From Candidatus Shapirobacteria bacterium (lineage in GTDB: Bacteria > Patescibacteriota > Microgenomatia > PFEM01 > JAPLYW01), in assembly GCA_026395335.1 (NCBI GenBank), contig JAPLYW010000025.1, positions 1 to 38,281 of the forward strand: 38,281 bases of DNA, read 5' to 3'. Made by a program: the position numbers and the translations under genes. Shown here piece by piece: positions 1-8,179 of this stretch. Below the pieces are notes generated by a model, which searched no databases, was not told where the DNA came from, and worked only from the letters and a program-made list of their open reading frames with translations. Positions within the stretch are counted from its first letter, which is position 1, and the number at the start of each line of letters is the position of its first letter.

Positions 1-1
1 T

Positions 2-760
2 TTTGATGATAATAATGTTACCCGCGAAGGAGAAATTAATCCTAAAAGTGATTTAGAAACAATAAAAACAGAACTTTGTTTAGCAGATTTGCAAACTTTA
101 GAAAAACAAAAAGAACCAAATCCTAATCGGATAACACTTGAGGATAAAAAACGTTCGTTGGTTTTTCAAAAAGCTAAGGAAATTTTGTCTGCCGGCAAAG
201 AGATTAGAGAAATAAAATGGACGGATGAGGATAGAGAGTATTTAAGTCCTTTATTTTTATTAACTGCCAAACCAGTTCTTTTTATTTTAAACATTGCTGA
301 AAAAGAAGTTAGTCTAAGTATCAACGAATTAGCAGAAAAATATAAACTAAAAGAAATAGGGAATATTATTCCGATTTGCGCTAAAGTGGAAATGGAATTA
401 ATTGATTTAAATCCTGAAGAAAGAAAAGAATTTCTAAAAGAATTAGGATTGAAGCAAAGCGGTTTGGAAAAAATGATCCAAGCTTGTTATCAACTTTTGG
501 GGTTGCAGACCTATTTAACAGCGGGGGAGAAAGAAGTTCGGGCTTGGACTATAAACTATGGTGATAAAGCGCCTCAAGCTGCTGGTGTAATTCATACCGA
601 TTTTGAAAAAGGGTTTATTAAAGCTAAGATTGTTAGTTACCAGGACTTTGTTTCTTTTAAGGGTTGGAAAGAAGCAGCGGAAGCAGGAAAAGTTCGTATT
701 GAAGGAAAAGATTATGTAATGCAGGAAGGCGATGTCGTTGAATTTATGGTCAACTCATAG
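2..760 (+). CDS. ychF: Ribosome-binding ATPase YchF (C-terminal part; 5' end outside the window)
   Basis: The frame is open from base 2 (FDDNNVTREGEINPKSDLETIKTELCLADLQTLEK...), so the M at 89 in the ORF track is internal. The C-terminal TGS-type tail (AAGVIHTDFEKGFIKAKIV...GKVRIEGKDYVMQEGDVVEF) is YchF-like. The ychF-rpsF-ssb-rpsR neighbourhood is classic. Confidence 0.85.
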   Translation, partial: FDDNNVTREGEINPKSDLETIKTELCLADLQTLEKQKEPNPNRITLEDKKRSLVFQKAKEILSAGKEIREIKWTDEDREYLSPLFLLTAKPVLFILNIAEKEVSLSINELAEKYKLKEIGNIIPICAKVEMELIDLNPEERKEFLKELGLKQSGLEKMIQACYQLLGLQTYLTAGEKEVRAWTINYGDKAPQAAGVIHTDFEKGFIKAKIVSYQDFVSFKGWKEAAEAGKVRIEGKDYVMQEGDVVEFMVNS

Positions 761-789
761 TTGTATTGAATTTTTGTTTTTGCTATACT
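761..789 (+). promoter_or_regulatory. Candidate sigma70-type promoter of rpsF-ssb-rpsR (TTGTAT-17-TATACT)
   Basis: TTGTAT 761-766, 17-nt spacer, TATACT 784-789. The -10 ends 7 nt before ATG 797 (MNDYELTL, the conserved S6 N-terminus) and 1 nt before ATG 791. No Shine-Dalgarno lies in between. Confidence 0.35.
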
Positions 790-790
790 T

Positions 791-1081
791 ATGCCTATGA
801 ATGATTATGAACTGACTTTGATTTTGGATCCGGATTTAACTTCGGAAAAGCAAAAAAATCTTTTAGAAAAATTCAAAAAATTAATTGAAGACGGTAAGGG
901 TAAATTAAATAATGAAGAAGATTGGGGCAAAAAAGAATTTGCTTATCCCATTAATAAGAAAAAAATGGGAGCTTATTTTTTGTGGGAAGTTAAAACTTCA
1001 GCTGTAAATATCCAACAGATTGATAAAAAACTTAAAGCAGAAGAAGACATTATGAGACATTTAATTATTAAAAAGGAGTAA
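791..1081 (+). CDS. rpsF: 30S ribosomal protein S6
   Basis: 96-aa ORF with an MNDYELTLILDPDL N-terminus and size typical of bS6, in rpsF-ssb-rpsR order. The start may be ATG 797 rather than 791. Confidence 0.9.
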   Translation: MPMNDYELTLILDPDLTSEKQKNLLEKFKKLIEDGKGKLNNEEDWGKKEFAYPINKKKMGAYFLWEVKTSAVNIQQIDKKLKAEEDIMRHLIIKKE

Positions 1082-1086
1082 TTTAT

Positions 1087-1644
1087 ATGGCACGTTCATT
1101 AAATAAAGCTCAGTTAATTGGAAATTTAACCCGTGATCCCGAGTTGCGTTATACACCTCAGGGGACTGCGGTTTGTACTTTTAGTTTAGCCACTAATCGT
1201 AGTTGGATAACTGAAAGCGGTGAAAAAAAAGAAGATACTGAATTCCATCGGGCTGTAGCCTGGAATAAGCTAGGTGAACTTTGTTCCCAGCTTTTATTTA
1301 AAGGCCGTAAGGTTTTTATTGAAGGTCGTTTACAAACCCGTCAGTGGACTGGCCAAGACGGCGCCAATCATCAAACGACTGAAATAGTCATTTCAGATAT
1401 GATTATTTTAGATAGTCGTCGGGCTCCTGGAGAAGAAACTACCAGTGATGTTATTTCAGAAGGAGCAGAAAACGTAACTTCAGGAGAAGTTGGAGAAATT
1501 TCAGCTGAAGAGAACGTGAATATGGCTCCTACTGAAGAAAAGAAAACCGAAAAAAGCACTGCGGTTAAAAATAAAGAAGAAAGCAATAAAGCGGAAGAAA
1601 CGGTAGCTTCAGATGAAGTTAAACCGGAGGATATTCCGTTTTAA
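1087..1644 (+). CDS. ssb: Single-stranded DNA-binding protein
   Basis: OB-fold N-terminus (LNKAQLIGNLTRDPELRYTPQGTAVCTFSLATNR...FHRAVAWNKLGE), a long acidic low-complexity tail ending in the SSB tip DIPF, and GGAG at 1075-1078 upstream of the ATG. Confidence 0.9.
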   Translation: MARSLNKAQLIGNLTRDPELRYTPQGTAVCTFSLATNRSWITESGEKKEDTEFHRAVAWNKLGELCSQLLFKGRKVFIEGRLQTRQWTGQDGANHQTTEIVISDMIILDSRRAPGEETTSDVISEGAENVTSGEVGEISAEENVNMAPTEEKKTEKSTAVKNKEESNKAEETVASDEVKPEDIPF

Positions 1645-1656
1645 TAATTTTTAAAA

Positions 1657-1890
1657 ATGATAAGAAGAAGAATTGAGAAAAAAAGTACTAATAGTTGTCC
1701 TTTTTGCCAATCAGGTAAATTGCCTGATTATCATAAGCCGGAAATTTTGAAAAAATATGTTTCCGATCAAGGAAAAATTTTAAAGCACCTTCGGACAGGC
1801 GTTTGTGCCAAACATCAAAGGAAGTTGGCCCGAGCCATCAAACAGGCACGTTTCTTAGCTTTGCTTCCCTTTACGACTCGCGTTTCTTAA
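1657..1890 (+). CDS. rpsR: 30S ribosomal protein S18
   Basis: 77 aa. The core KKYVSDQGKILKHLRTGVCAKHQRKLARAIKQARFLALLPF is bS18-like, and the gene follows ssb. Confidence 0.9.
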   Translation: MIRRRIEKKSTNSCPFCQSGKLPDYHKPEILKKYVSDQGKILKHLRTGVCAKHQRKLARAIKQARFLALLPFTTRVS

Positions 1891-1891
1891 A

Positions 1892-3109
1892 ATGAAACTA
1901 AAATTAAATTTGCGTCATGCCAGATTAACTATTCTTGTTTGTTTTTTGATTCTTTTTTCGGGCTGGTTTGGATTTTGGTTGGGAACTCATGAAGTTAAAG
2001 TTAGTCTTAGTGAAGAATCTTCAATTAAAATTAATCGTAAAATTCCTGAGGAGAAGCAAGGCATTGATTTTTCTATGTTTTGGACTGTTTGGGATAGATT
2101 AGAAAGTGATTATTTAGATAAACAGGCGATTAATCATAGTCAAATGGTTTTAGGGGCAATTCAAGGGATGGTTGCTTCTTTAGGCGATCCTTACACTATT
2201 TTTCTGAAGCCGACGGAGAATAAAGAGCTGAAAGATGATTTAAATGGTTCTTTTGAAGGGGTAGGAATTCAATTAGGTTATTCAAAAGACAATCAATTAG
2301 TTGTTATTGCTCCTTTAAAAAGAATGCCGGCAGAAAAAGCCGGAGTAAAAGCAGGGGATTTTATTATTAAAATTGATGATGAATCAACCGTAGGTATTTC
2401 TGCTGATGAGGCTGCTAAAAAAATTAGAGGTCCGAAAGGAACAAAAGTAAAATTAACCTTACTTCATGCTAGTGAGAAACAAACTTATGAGGTGGAATTG
2501 ATACGAGAAACGATTATTGTTGCTAGTGTGGAGGTAGAATTTAAAGAAAAAATAGCTCATCTAACGCTTTTAAAATTTGGCGATCGGACTTCAGAAGAAT
2601 GGGGAAAAGCGGTAGAAGAAATTATTAATCATCAACCTGAAATTAGTGGTATTATTTTGGATTTAAGAAATAATCCCGGTGGTTATTTAACCGGTTCGGT
2701 TTTTATTGCTTCAGAATTTATTAGTTCCGGCACTGTTGTTCAGCAAGAGTATGCTAATGGTTCTAAAGAAACCTATTCAGTCAACCGTAAAGGAAAATTA
2801 TTAACTCAGCCTTTAGTAGTTTTGATTAATGAAGGTAGTGCTTCAGCTTCTGAAATTGTTGCAGGGGCTTTACAAGATTATAAAAGAGCTAAAATTATAG
2901 GGGTAAAAAGTTTTGGAAAAGGAACTATTCAGGAAGCTCAGGATTTAACTAACGGGGCAGGTTTACATATTACTACCGCTCGTTGGTTATTGCCTTCTGG
3001 CCAATCGATTAATAAAACCGGTATAACACCTGATATTGAAGTTAAGGATGATTTCCAAACTGATAAAGATGAACAACTTGAAAAGGCAATTGAGACTTTT
3101 ACAAAATAA
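1892..3109 (+). CDS. ctpA: Carboxy-terminal processing protease (peptidase S41) with PDZ domain
   Basis: N-terminal TM helix, PDZ segment (FEGVGIQL...PAEKAGVKAGDFIIKID) and S41 catalytic region (LINEGSASASEI...SFGKGTIQ). Confidence 0.85.
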   Translation: MKLKLNLRHARLTILVCFLILFSGWFGFWLGTHEVKVSLSEESSIKINRKIPEEKQGIDFSMFWTVWDRLESDYLDKQAINHSQMVLGAIQGMVASLGDPYTIFLKPTENKELKDDLNGSFEGVGIQLGYSKDNQLVVIAPLKRMPAEKAGVKAGDFIIKIDDESTVGISADEAAKKIRGPKGTKVKLTLLHASEKQTYEVELIRETIIVASVEVEFKEKIAHLTLLKFGDRTSEEWGKAVEEIINHQPEISGIILDLRNNPGGYLTGSVFIASEFISSGTVVQQEYANGSKETYSVNRKGKLLTQPLVVLINEGSASASEIVAGALQDYKRAKIIGVKSFGKGTIQEAQDLTNGAGLHITTARWLLPSGQSINKTGITPDIEVKDDFQTDKDEQLEKAIETFTK

Positions 3110-3115
3110 GTTTTT

Positions 3116-3814
3116 TTAAGAAGTCGTTGAGGAAAAAGCTCCAACAATTTTAGTTAAATCACCATTAATAATTACTTCTAAATTATGCCAGGATTTACCT
3201 AAACGATGGTCAGTAACCCGATTTTGGGGATAATTATAGGTTCTGATCTTTTCGGCTCGCATACCGCGGCCGATAGCAGAACGATAACCAGCCATAGTTG
3301 ATTCTTTTTTTAGTTCTTCTTGTTCCCAAAGTTTAGCTCTTAATAATTCTAAGGCTAATTGGCGGTTTTGTTCCTGAAATCTTTCTTCTTCGCAAGTAAC
3401 TACCGCTCCGGTTGGCCGATGGATTAAACGAACTGCGGTTGAGACTTTTTGGACATTTTGACCGCCGTGAGAAGAAGCGCGATAAAATTGCCACTCTAAA
3501 TCCTGAGGATTAATTCTAACTTCGGTATCGGCAATCTCCGGCAAAACAACGATAGTAGCAGTAGAAGTATGAATTCTTCCTCTTTTTTCGGTAGTCGGAA
3601 CTCTTTGGACACGATGGACACCGGTTTCATTTTTTAGTGAAGAATAAACATTTTGTCCTTGAATTCTAATAACGCCCTTACTGATAATTTGGGTTTTCCA
3701 ATTATTTTTTTCGGCAAAACGCGAATACATTCGTAACAAATCATCCGCCCAAATTTTAGCTTCATCACCGCCAGTAGCGCCTCTGATTTCTATTAAAGCT
3801 AAATTGTTGTTCAT
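3116..3814 (-). CDS. prfA: Peptide chain release factor 1, short form lacking the N-terminal domain
   Basis: GGQ motif (SSHGGQNVQKVSTAVRLIH) and a P-x-T type codon-recognition tripeptide (RVPTTEKRGRIHTS), which indicates RF1 rather than the RF2 SPF type. By-eye alignment to E. coli RF1 starts near its residue 110 (ALIEIRGATGGDEA). Only 15 nt separate the ATG from the upstream rpmE stop. Confidence 0.75.
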   Translation of the reverse strand: MNNNLALIEIRGATGGDEAKIWADDLLRMYSRFAEKNNWKTQIISKGVIRIQGQNVYSSLKNETGVHRVQRVPTTEKRGRIHTSTATIVVLPEIADTEVRINPQDLEWQFYRASSHGGQNVQKVSTAVRLIHRPTGAVVTCEEERFQEQNRQLALELLRAKLWEQEELKKESTMAGYRSAIGRGMRAEKIRTYNYPQNRVTDHRLGKSWHNLEVIINGDLTKIVGAFSSTTS

Positions 3815-3829
3815 AAAAAGAATAAGATA

Positions 3830-4117
3830 CTAATTTTTTTTCTGAAGCATTTCTTTTAACGTTCGTGGTTTTTCGTCTTTTTCTTCTTGGTTTTTACCCT
3901 TTTTGACATAGCCTTTAGCGGCTGCTTGTTTAGCCTGGAATTTTTCAATTCGGCCTTGAGTATCAACAAATTTCAGTTCACCGGTAAAATAAGGATGACA
4001 ACTGGAACAAATTTCTACTTTAATTTCCGGTTTAACAGAACCAGTTACAAAACTTGCACCACAGGCACAAGTAACTTTAGCTTCTGGATACCAAGTTGGG
4101 TGAATATTTTTCTTCAT
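3830..4117 (-). CDS. rpmE: 50S ribosomal protein L31
   Basis: [23 protein letters not shown]...[10 protein letters not shown] is the L31 Zn-ribbon signature, followed by a Lys/Glu-rich C-terminal extension. Confidence 0.9.
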   Translation of the reverse strand: MKKNIHPTWYPEAKVTCACGASFVTGSVKPEIKVEICSSCHPYFTGELKFVDTQGRIEKFQAKQAAAKGYVKKGKNQEEKDEKPRTLKEMLQKKN

Positions 4118-4126
4118 GATATGAGA

Positions 4127-4155
4127 ATTTTATCATAAATTGACCTGGCTGGCAA
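4127..4155 (-). promoter_or_regulatory. Candidate promoter of rpmE-prfA (TTGCCA-17-TAAAAT)
   Basis: On the minus strand: TTGCCA (4155-4150), 17-nt spacer, TAAAAT (4132-4127), then 9 nt to ATG at 4117. No SD. Confidence 0.4.
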
Positions 4156-4163
4156 GATTGTTA

Positions 4164-4192
4164 TTGCTTTTTATGAGCTAAATTTTTAAAAT
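4164..4192 (+). promoter_or_regulatory. Candidate promoter of the phosphohexomutase gene (TTGCTT-17-TAAAAT)
   Basis: TTGCTT 4164-4169, 17-nt spacer, TAAAAT 4187-4192, then 5 nt to ATG 4198. Confidence 0.3.
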
Positions 4193-4197
4193 GAATT

Positions 4198-5571
4198 ATG
4201 GCTATCGATCCTTCTATTTTTAAAGAATACGATATTAGGGGTATTTATCCTGAGACTATAAATTATGAATTAGCTATTTTAATTGGCCGAGCTTTTGCTG
4301 ATTTTGTTTCTGATAATGGTCCAATTGCTGTTGGCCGTGATATGCGTTTATCCTCTCCAAAAATAGCTAAAGGTTTAATTGAAGGAATTACTAAACAGGG
4401 AAGAGATGTAGTTGATGTTGGTTTGATTACCACGGATATGATTTATTTTGCCACCGGTAAATTTCCTTTCGCCGGCGGTATTATGATTACCGCTTCTCAT
4501 AATCCCAAAGAATATAATGGACTAAAACTTTGTTTGGCAAAAGCCGCTCCTGTTTCCGGTGAAGGGGGTATTTACCAAATGAGGGATAATATTTTAAATA
4601 ATAAATTTAAACAAGCAGAAAAAGTAGGCAAAGTTAGTCAAAAAAATATTTTAGCTGATTGGATTAATCATGCCTTATTTTTTGTGGATGAAAAAACAAT
4701 TAAGCCTCTAAAGATTGTGGTGGATGCTGGTAACGGGATGGCCAGTATTTTATTTCCTGATTTAAAAAAAAGATTACCTTTAGAAATAGTTCCTTTGTAT
4801 TTTGATTTGGATGGTTCCTTTCCTAATCATCCAGCGGCTCCGATAGTTCCGGAAAATCTTAAGGATGCTCAGAAAAAAGTTTTGGAAGAAAAAGCCAATT
4901 TAGGTTTAGTCTTTGACGGGGATGGTGATCGAGCTGTTTTAATTGATGAGACAGGTAAAGTCGTTTCTGGAACAATAATGACAGCTATGATTGCTGAATA
5001 TTTTTTAAAGAAAATTAAAGGCGCAACCATTCTTTACAATGCTATTTGTGGTTGGATTGTCCCTGAAGTGATTAATTCTTTAGAAGGAAAGGGGATAAGA
5101 GTTCCGGTTGGTCATTCGTTAATTAAGGAGAATATGAGAAAATATGATGCTTTGTTTGCCGGTGAACATTCCGGTCATTATTATTTTAGAGAAAATTATT
5201 ATGCTGATAGCGCTTTGATTACAATTTTAATTACACTCCAGATTATTTCTCAGGAAAATAAAAAGGTTTCCGAAATTATTCAAAAGTTTGATAAGTATCC
5301 CTCAAGCGGCGAAATAAATTTTGAGATTAGTGATAAAAAAAAGGTTATTGGCGAGGTTGAAAAAATTTATAGTCCAAAAGCCAAATCAACTGATAAAATT
5401 GATGGTTTAACAGTTTGGTTTGATGATTGGTGGTTTAATCTCAGACCTTCTAACACTGAACCGTTGTTAAGATTAAATATTGAAGCTAAAAATCAGGAGC
5501 TGCTTGATTTAAGGAAGAAAGAAATTGTCGATTTCCTTAAGAGTTATGGTTCTTTGGCTGCCGGTCGATAA
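4198..5571 (+). CDS. Phosphomannomutase/phosphoglucomutase (alpha-D-phosphohexomutase family)
   Basis: Active-site loop TASHNPKEYNGLK, metal loop FDGDGDR, sugar-binding GEHSGHYYF and phosphate-binding RPSNTEPLLR. Confidence 0.85.
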   Translation: MAIDPSIFKEYDIRGIYPETINYELAILIGRAFADFVSDNGPIAVGRDMRLSSPKIAKGLIEGITKQGRDVVDVGLITTDMIYFATGKFPFAGGIMITASHNPKEYNGLKLCLAKAAPVSGEGGIYQMRDNILNNKFKQAEKVGKVSQKNILADWINHALFFVDEKTIKPLKIVVDAGNGMASILFPDLKKRLPLEIVPLYFDLDGSFPNHPAAPIVPENLKDAQKKVLEEKANLGLVFDGDGDRAVLIDETGKVVSGTIMTAMIAEYFLKKIKGATILYNAICGWIVPEVINSLEGKGIRVPVGHSLIKENMRKYDALFAGEHSGHYYFRENYYADSALITILITLQIISQENKKVSEIIQKFDKYPSSGEINFEISDKKKVIGEVEKIYSPKAKSTDKIDGLTVWFDDWWFNLRPSNTEPLLRLNIEAKNQELLDLRKKEIVDFLKSYGSLAAGR

Positions 5572-6747
5572 ATCTTTAATCGTTACTTCATTTTTTTTCA
5601 CTTCATTCGGGCCTAAGATAATCACAAAGCGAATTCCTTTTTTATCCGCATATTTAATTTGCTTATCCAATTTTTCTTCATTAAGATAAATTTCTACACT
5701 AATACCTTTATTTCTTAAAAGAGAAACGGTTTGTAGGGAATTTTCTAAATATTCTTGAGAAAAAACAGTCACTAAAACCTGAGTCGACTGGAGAGGAATG
5801 TTTTTAAATAAATTTTCTTTTTCCATAACTTCAATTAACCTGTCAATACCAAAAGAAAAACCAACCGCCGGAAGATATTTTTCGGCGCTAAAACCAATAA
5901 GAGTATCATAACGGCCTCCGCCAGCCAAAGAACCTCCTTGATAATTTTCAACGTAAATTTCAAAAATCATGTTTGTATAATAATCTAATCCTCTTGTTAA
6001 ATAAGGATCAAATTTAATTTCTTCTTCTAGCCCCATCTTTTTTAAGTTATCAAAAATAATATTCAAATCTTTACTTTTTAAAGATTCTCCAATGATTTTT
6101 ATTATTTGTTCAGCTTCTTTAAATCCTTTTTCTTCCAATTCTTTAATAACACCGTCCTTGCCGATTTTTTTAATTTTATCTAAACTTTGACAAATAGAGA
6201 GCTTATTTTGATTGCTTAATTGTTTAAATTGAGAAAGGTTTTGGAAAAGACTCCAACGGTCATTAACATAGATTATAAATTTCTTAAAACCTAATTTTTC
6301 TAAAGCTTTTTTAGCCATTAAAATAATCTCTGTATCGGCGATTAATGATTTACTGCCGACAATATCAGCATCACATTGAGTGAATTCTCGAAAACGGCCA
6401 GATTGTGGTTTGTCAGCTCGCCAAACAGTTTGGATTTGATAGCGTTTAAAAGGGAGGGGAAGATTCTGGTTAATGGCGATAACTCTTGAAAGGGGAACAG
6501 TTAAATCATACCGTAATCCAACTTCTCGTTTCCCAAGATCTTGAAATCGATAAATTAACTTATCAGCTTCTTGGCCATATTTCCCCATTAGAATTTCAAT
6601 TTTTTCTAAAGAAGGGGTTTCTAAAGGTTCAAAGCCATAAGAAGAAAATACCTTCTTTAAGGTATTGATGACAAATTCTCTTTTTCTAGCTTGTTCGGGT
6701 AAAAAATCCCGAAAACCTTTCAAAGGCTGCAAATTCATCTTATTCAT
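5509..6747 (-). CDS. hisS: Histidine--tRNA ligase
   Basis: Class II HisRS features: LKGFRDFLPEQ, RYQIQTVWRADKPQSGRFREFTQCD, GGGRYD and a C-terminal anticodon-binding domain. Its 3' end overlaps the convergent gene by 63 nt. Confidence 0.9.
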   Translation of the reverse strand: MNKMNLQPLKGFRDFLPEQARKREFVINTLKKVFSSYGFEPLETPSLEKIEILMGKYGQEADKLIYRFQDLGKREVGLRYDLTVPLSRVIAINQNLPLPFKRYQIQTVWRADKPQSGRFREFTQCDADIVGSKSLIADTEIILMAKKALEKLGFKKFIIYVNDRWSLFQNLSQFKQLSNQNKLSICQSLDKIKKIGKDGVIKELEEKGFKEAEQIIKIIGESLKSKDLNIIFDNLKKMGLEEEIKFDPYLTRGLDYYTNMIFEIYVENYQGGSLAGGGRYDTLIGFSAEKYLPAVGFSFGIDRLIEVMEKENLFKNIPLQSTQVLVTVFSQEYLENSLQTVSLLRNKGISVEIYLNEEKLDKQIKYADKKGIRFVIILGPNEVKKNEVTIKDLSTGSQRTITLKEIDNFFLP

Positions 6748-6763
6748 GCCTTTATAATATCAC

Positions 6764-6910
6764 AAATAAAGTAAGCTTGTTTCTCTCCGCCAGCTGGCGG
6801 ATCGAAATAAAGCAAGCTTGTTTCTCGTAAAACTCGAAATAAGTAAGACCTTGTTTCTCGTAAAACTCGAAATAAGTAAGACCTTGTTTCTCGTAAAACT
6901 CGAAATAAGC
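6764..6910. repeat. Tandem array of the CTTGTTTC...GAAATAAG repeat family (one variant unit plus 2.8 copies of a 33-bp unit)
   Basis: The variant unit spans 6776-6816 and carries the palindrome TCCGCCAGCTGGCGGA (6786-6801). Identical 33-bp units CTTGTTTCTCGTAAAACTCGAAATAAGTAAGAC lie at 6817-6849 and 6850-6882, with a partial unit at 6883-6909. Confidence 0.95.
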
Positions 6911-6924
6911 TTTTTTAGTAAATT

Positions 6925-7677
6925 TTAGGGAGTTGGGGAAACAGTTTTAGAAGAGGATGTTGCCGTTGAATCATCAGAAATTATATAAACTGTTTCGGCA
7001 GTAATAATTTTATTTTCATTTTCAGAAGGAGTTCCAATAGCAATGAGTTTATCGCCTTTAGAAACAACGTTAAATTTTACTTTTTGGTCTTTATTTTCAA
7101 CTTTTTTAGTAATTATAGTTTTATCGTCAATCTCTATGGTATAAATTAAATTCTTCTTTTCATTTTTAATAGTTATAATTTTTTCTTCAGAAGAGATATC
7201 AGTTACTTTACCAAAAGCCGCTTCTTTGCCATTGGCTTTTGGTTTTTCGACGACTACCAAGCGGCGGACGCCTAAAATATCATTATCTTCTAAATAACCC
7301 ATAGCAATAGCAAAAAAACTGGTTTTAAGTTCACCAATTTTAATTTTTTTGCCAGTTTTATTAATAATGGCCGCATCAGTAGCAATTTTAAGATTTTTTT
7401 CACCTTGGTTAGTTTCAATTTTTAGATCAGCGTCGTTGATAGCGGTTAGTTCACCGGTAAAAGCCATTTTTTGACCCTTTTGTGTTTCTTCAATTTGCTC
7501 TCGAACAATTTCTTTAACTTTATCTCTAATTTCTTGAACAGCCGATTCTGTGGCGGACGTTGGAGTAGGGGAAACGGCATTCGCGCTGTTCAAGCGCATA
7601 GTACAGAGCATAAAGAATATAGTAAAAAACGAAAAAGTCAGAATAAAAATTTTGAATTTTGAATTTTGAGTTGTCAT
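6925..7677 (-). CDS. Hypothetical exported protein
   Basis: N-terminal signal peptide (FILTFSFFTIFFMLCTMRLNSANA|V), a Lys/Glu-rich helical stretch, then two beta-rich segments and Ser/Thr/Pro-rich ends. No family recognised with certainty. Confidence 0.5.
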   Translation of the reverse strand: MTTQNSKFKIFILTFSFFTIFFMLCTMRLNSANAVSPTPTSATESAVQEIRDKVKEIVREQIEETQKGQKMAFTGELTAINDADLKIETNQGEKNLKIATDAAIINKTGKKIKIGELKTSFFAIAMGYLEDNDILGVRRLVVVEKPKANGKEAAFGKVTDISSEEKIITIKNEKKNLIYTIEIDDKTIITKKVENKDQKVKFNVVSKGDKLIAIGTPSENENKIITAETVYIISDDSTATSSSKTVSPTP

Positions 7678-7678
7678 A

Positions 7679-8104
7679 CTATATTTCCGCTGTTGAATAA
7701 ACTAAATTTAAAGTTTTTTGAGCTTCGTTACCTTCGTTGTCAAAAGCAGAAATTTTAACTTCATTGGACCCACTGACTAAAGAAACTTCTTGGGTAAATT
7801 GGCCCTGTTCGTCACTTTGCAAAATATTTTCATTTTTTTCAGAAATAATGGCAATGTTAACATTGGCGAAAGTTTTACCAGTAATTTTAATTTTGTTTTG
7901 ATTAACTAAAGAGTTATCGTCCGGAGAAAGAATTTTTAAAAATATCTTTTCCTCTTCATTAGTTATAGGTCCATTTTCAGTTATGGCCGTCTTTTGAGTT
8001 GAACTCTCGTTCTTTAAAGATTTATTAGCCGTCCAAATACCAAAGGTTATAATAAGACCTAAAACAAAACCTATAACGATAGCAATTAGGATTTCTTTTT
8101 TCAT
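7679..8104 (-). CDS. Hypothetical membrane-anchored protein with Ig-like beta domain
   Basis: The ORF track starts at GTG 8116, but ATG 8104 gives MKKEILIAIVIGFVLGLIITFGIW (N-terminal TM anchor) and lies downstream of the predicted promoter. The C-terminal part (KITGKTFANVNIAIISE...EVKISAFDNEGNEAQ) looks like a bacterial Ig-like fold. Confidence 0.45.
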   Translation of the reverse strand: MKKEILIAIVIGFVLGLIITFGIWTANKSLKNESSTQKTAITENGPITNEEEKIFLKILSPDDNSLVNQNKIKITGKTFANVNIAIISEKNENILQSDEQGQFTQEVSLVSGSNEVKISAFDNEGNEAQKTLNLVYSTAEI

Positions 8105-8108
8105 TAAG

Positions 8109-8117
8109 TTATCCACA
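8109..8117 (+). promoter_or_regulatory. Perfect DnaA-box 9-mer TTATCCACA
   Basis: Exact match to the consensus DnaA box, in the divergent intergenic region between the 8104 gene and the MBL-like/dnaB operon. Confidence 0.35.
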
Positions 8118-8118
8118 G

Positions 8119-8147
8119 AATATAGCTTAAAATTTTACTCTTGTCAA
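8119..8147 (-). promoter_or_regulatory. Candidate promoter of the 8104/7677 gene pair (TTGACA-17-TATATT)
   Basis: On the minus strand: TTGACA (8147-8142), 17-nt spacer, TATATT (8124-8119), then 14 nt to ATG 8104. Its -35 overlaps the -35 of the divergent plus-strand promoter. Confidence 0.4.
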
Positions 8148-8169
8148 GCCTGTTTTAAGATGATAGACT
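8141..8169 (+). promoter_or_regulatory. Candidate promoter of the MBL-like/dnaB operon (TTGTCA-17-TAGACT)
   Basis: TTGTCA 8141-8146, 17-nt spacer, TAGACT 8164-8169, then 10 nt to ATG 8180. Confidence 0.3.
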
Positions 8170-8179
8170 AAAAAATACC

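Noticed and set aside
3116-3814. RF2 with programmed +1 frameshift, or a stop-codon reassignment, as an explanation for the short release factor.
   Set aside because: The decoding tripeptide is P-T-T (RF1 type) rather than SPF. No upstream out-of-frame N-terminal segment exists because rpmE ends 15 nt away. TGA, TAA and TAG all end well-supported genes in the window.
6764-6910. Possible CRISPR array (33-bp repeats).
   Set aside because: The units abut each other with no unique spacers, there are only about 3.8 copies, and no cas genes are in the window. This is a plain tandem repeat.
6748-6924. T-box leader upstream of hisS.
   Set aside because: Read on the minus strand there is no specifier-loop or T-box (AGGGUGGNACCGCG-like) sequence. 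The space is filled by the tandem repeat.
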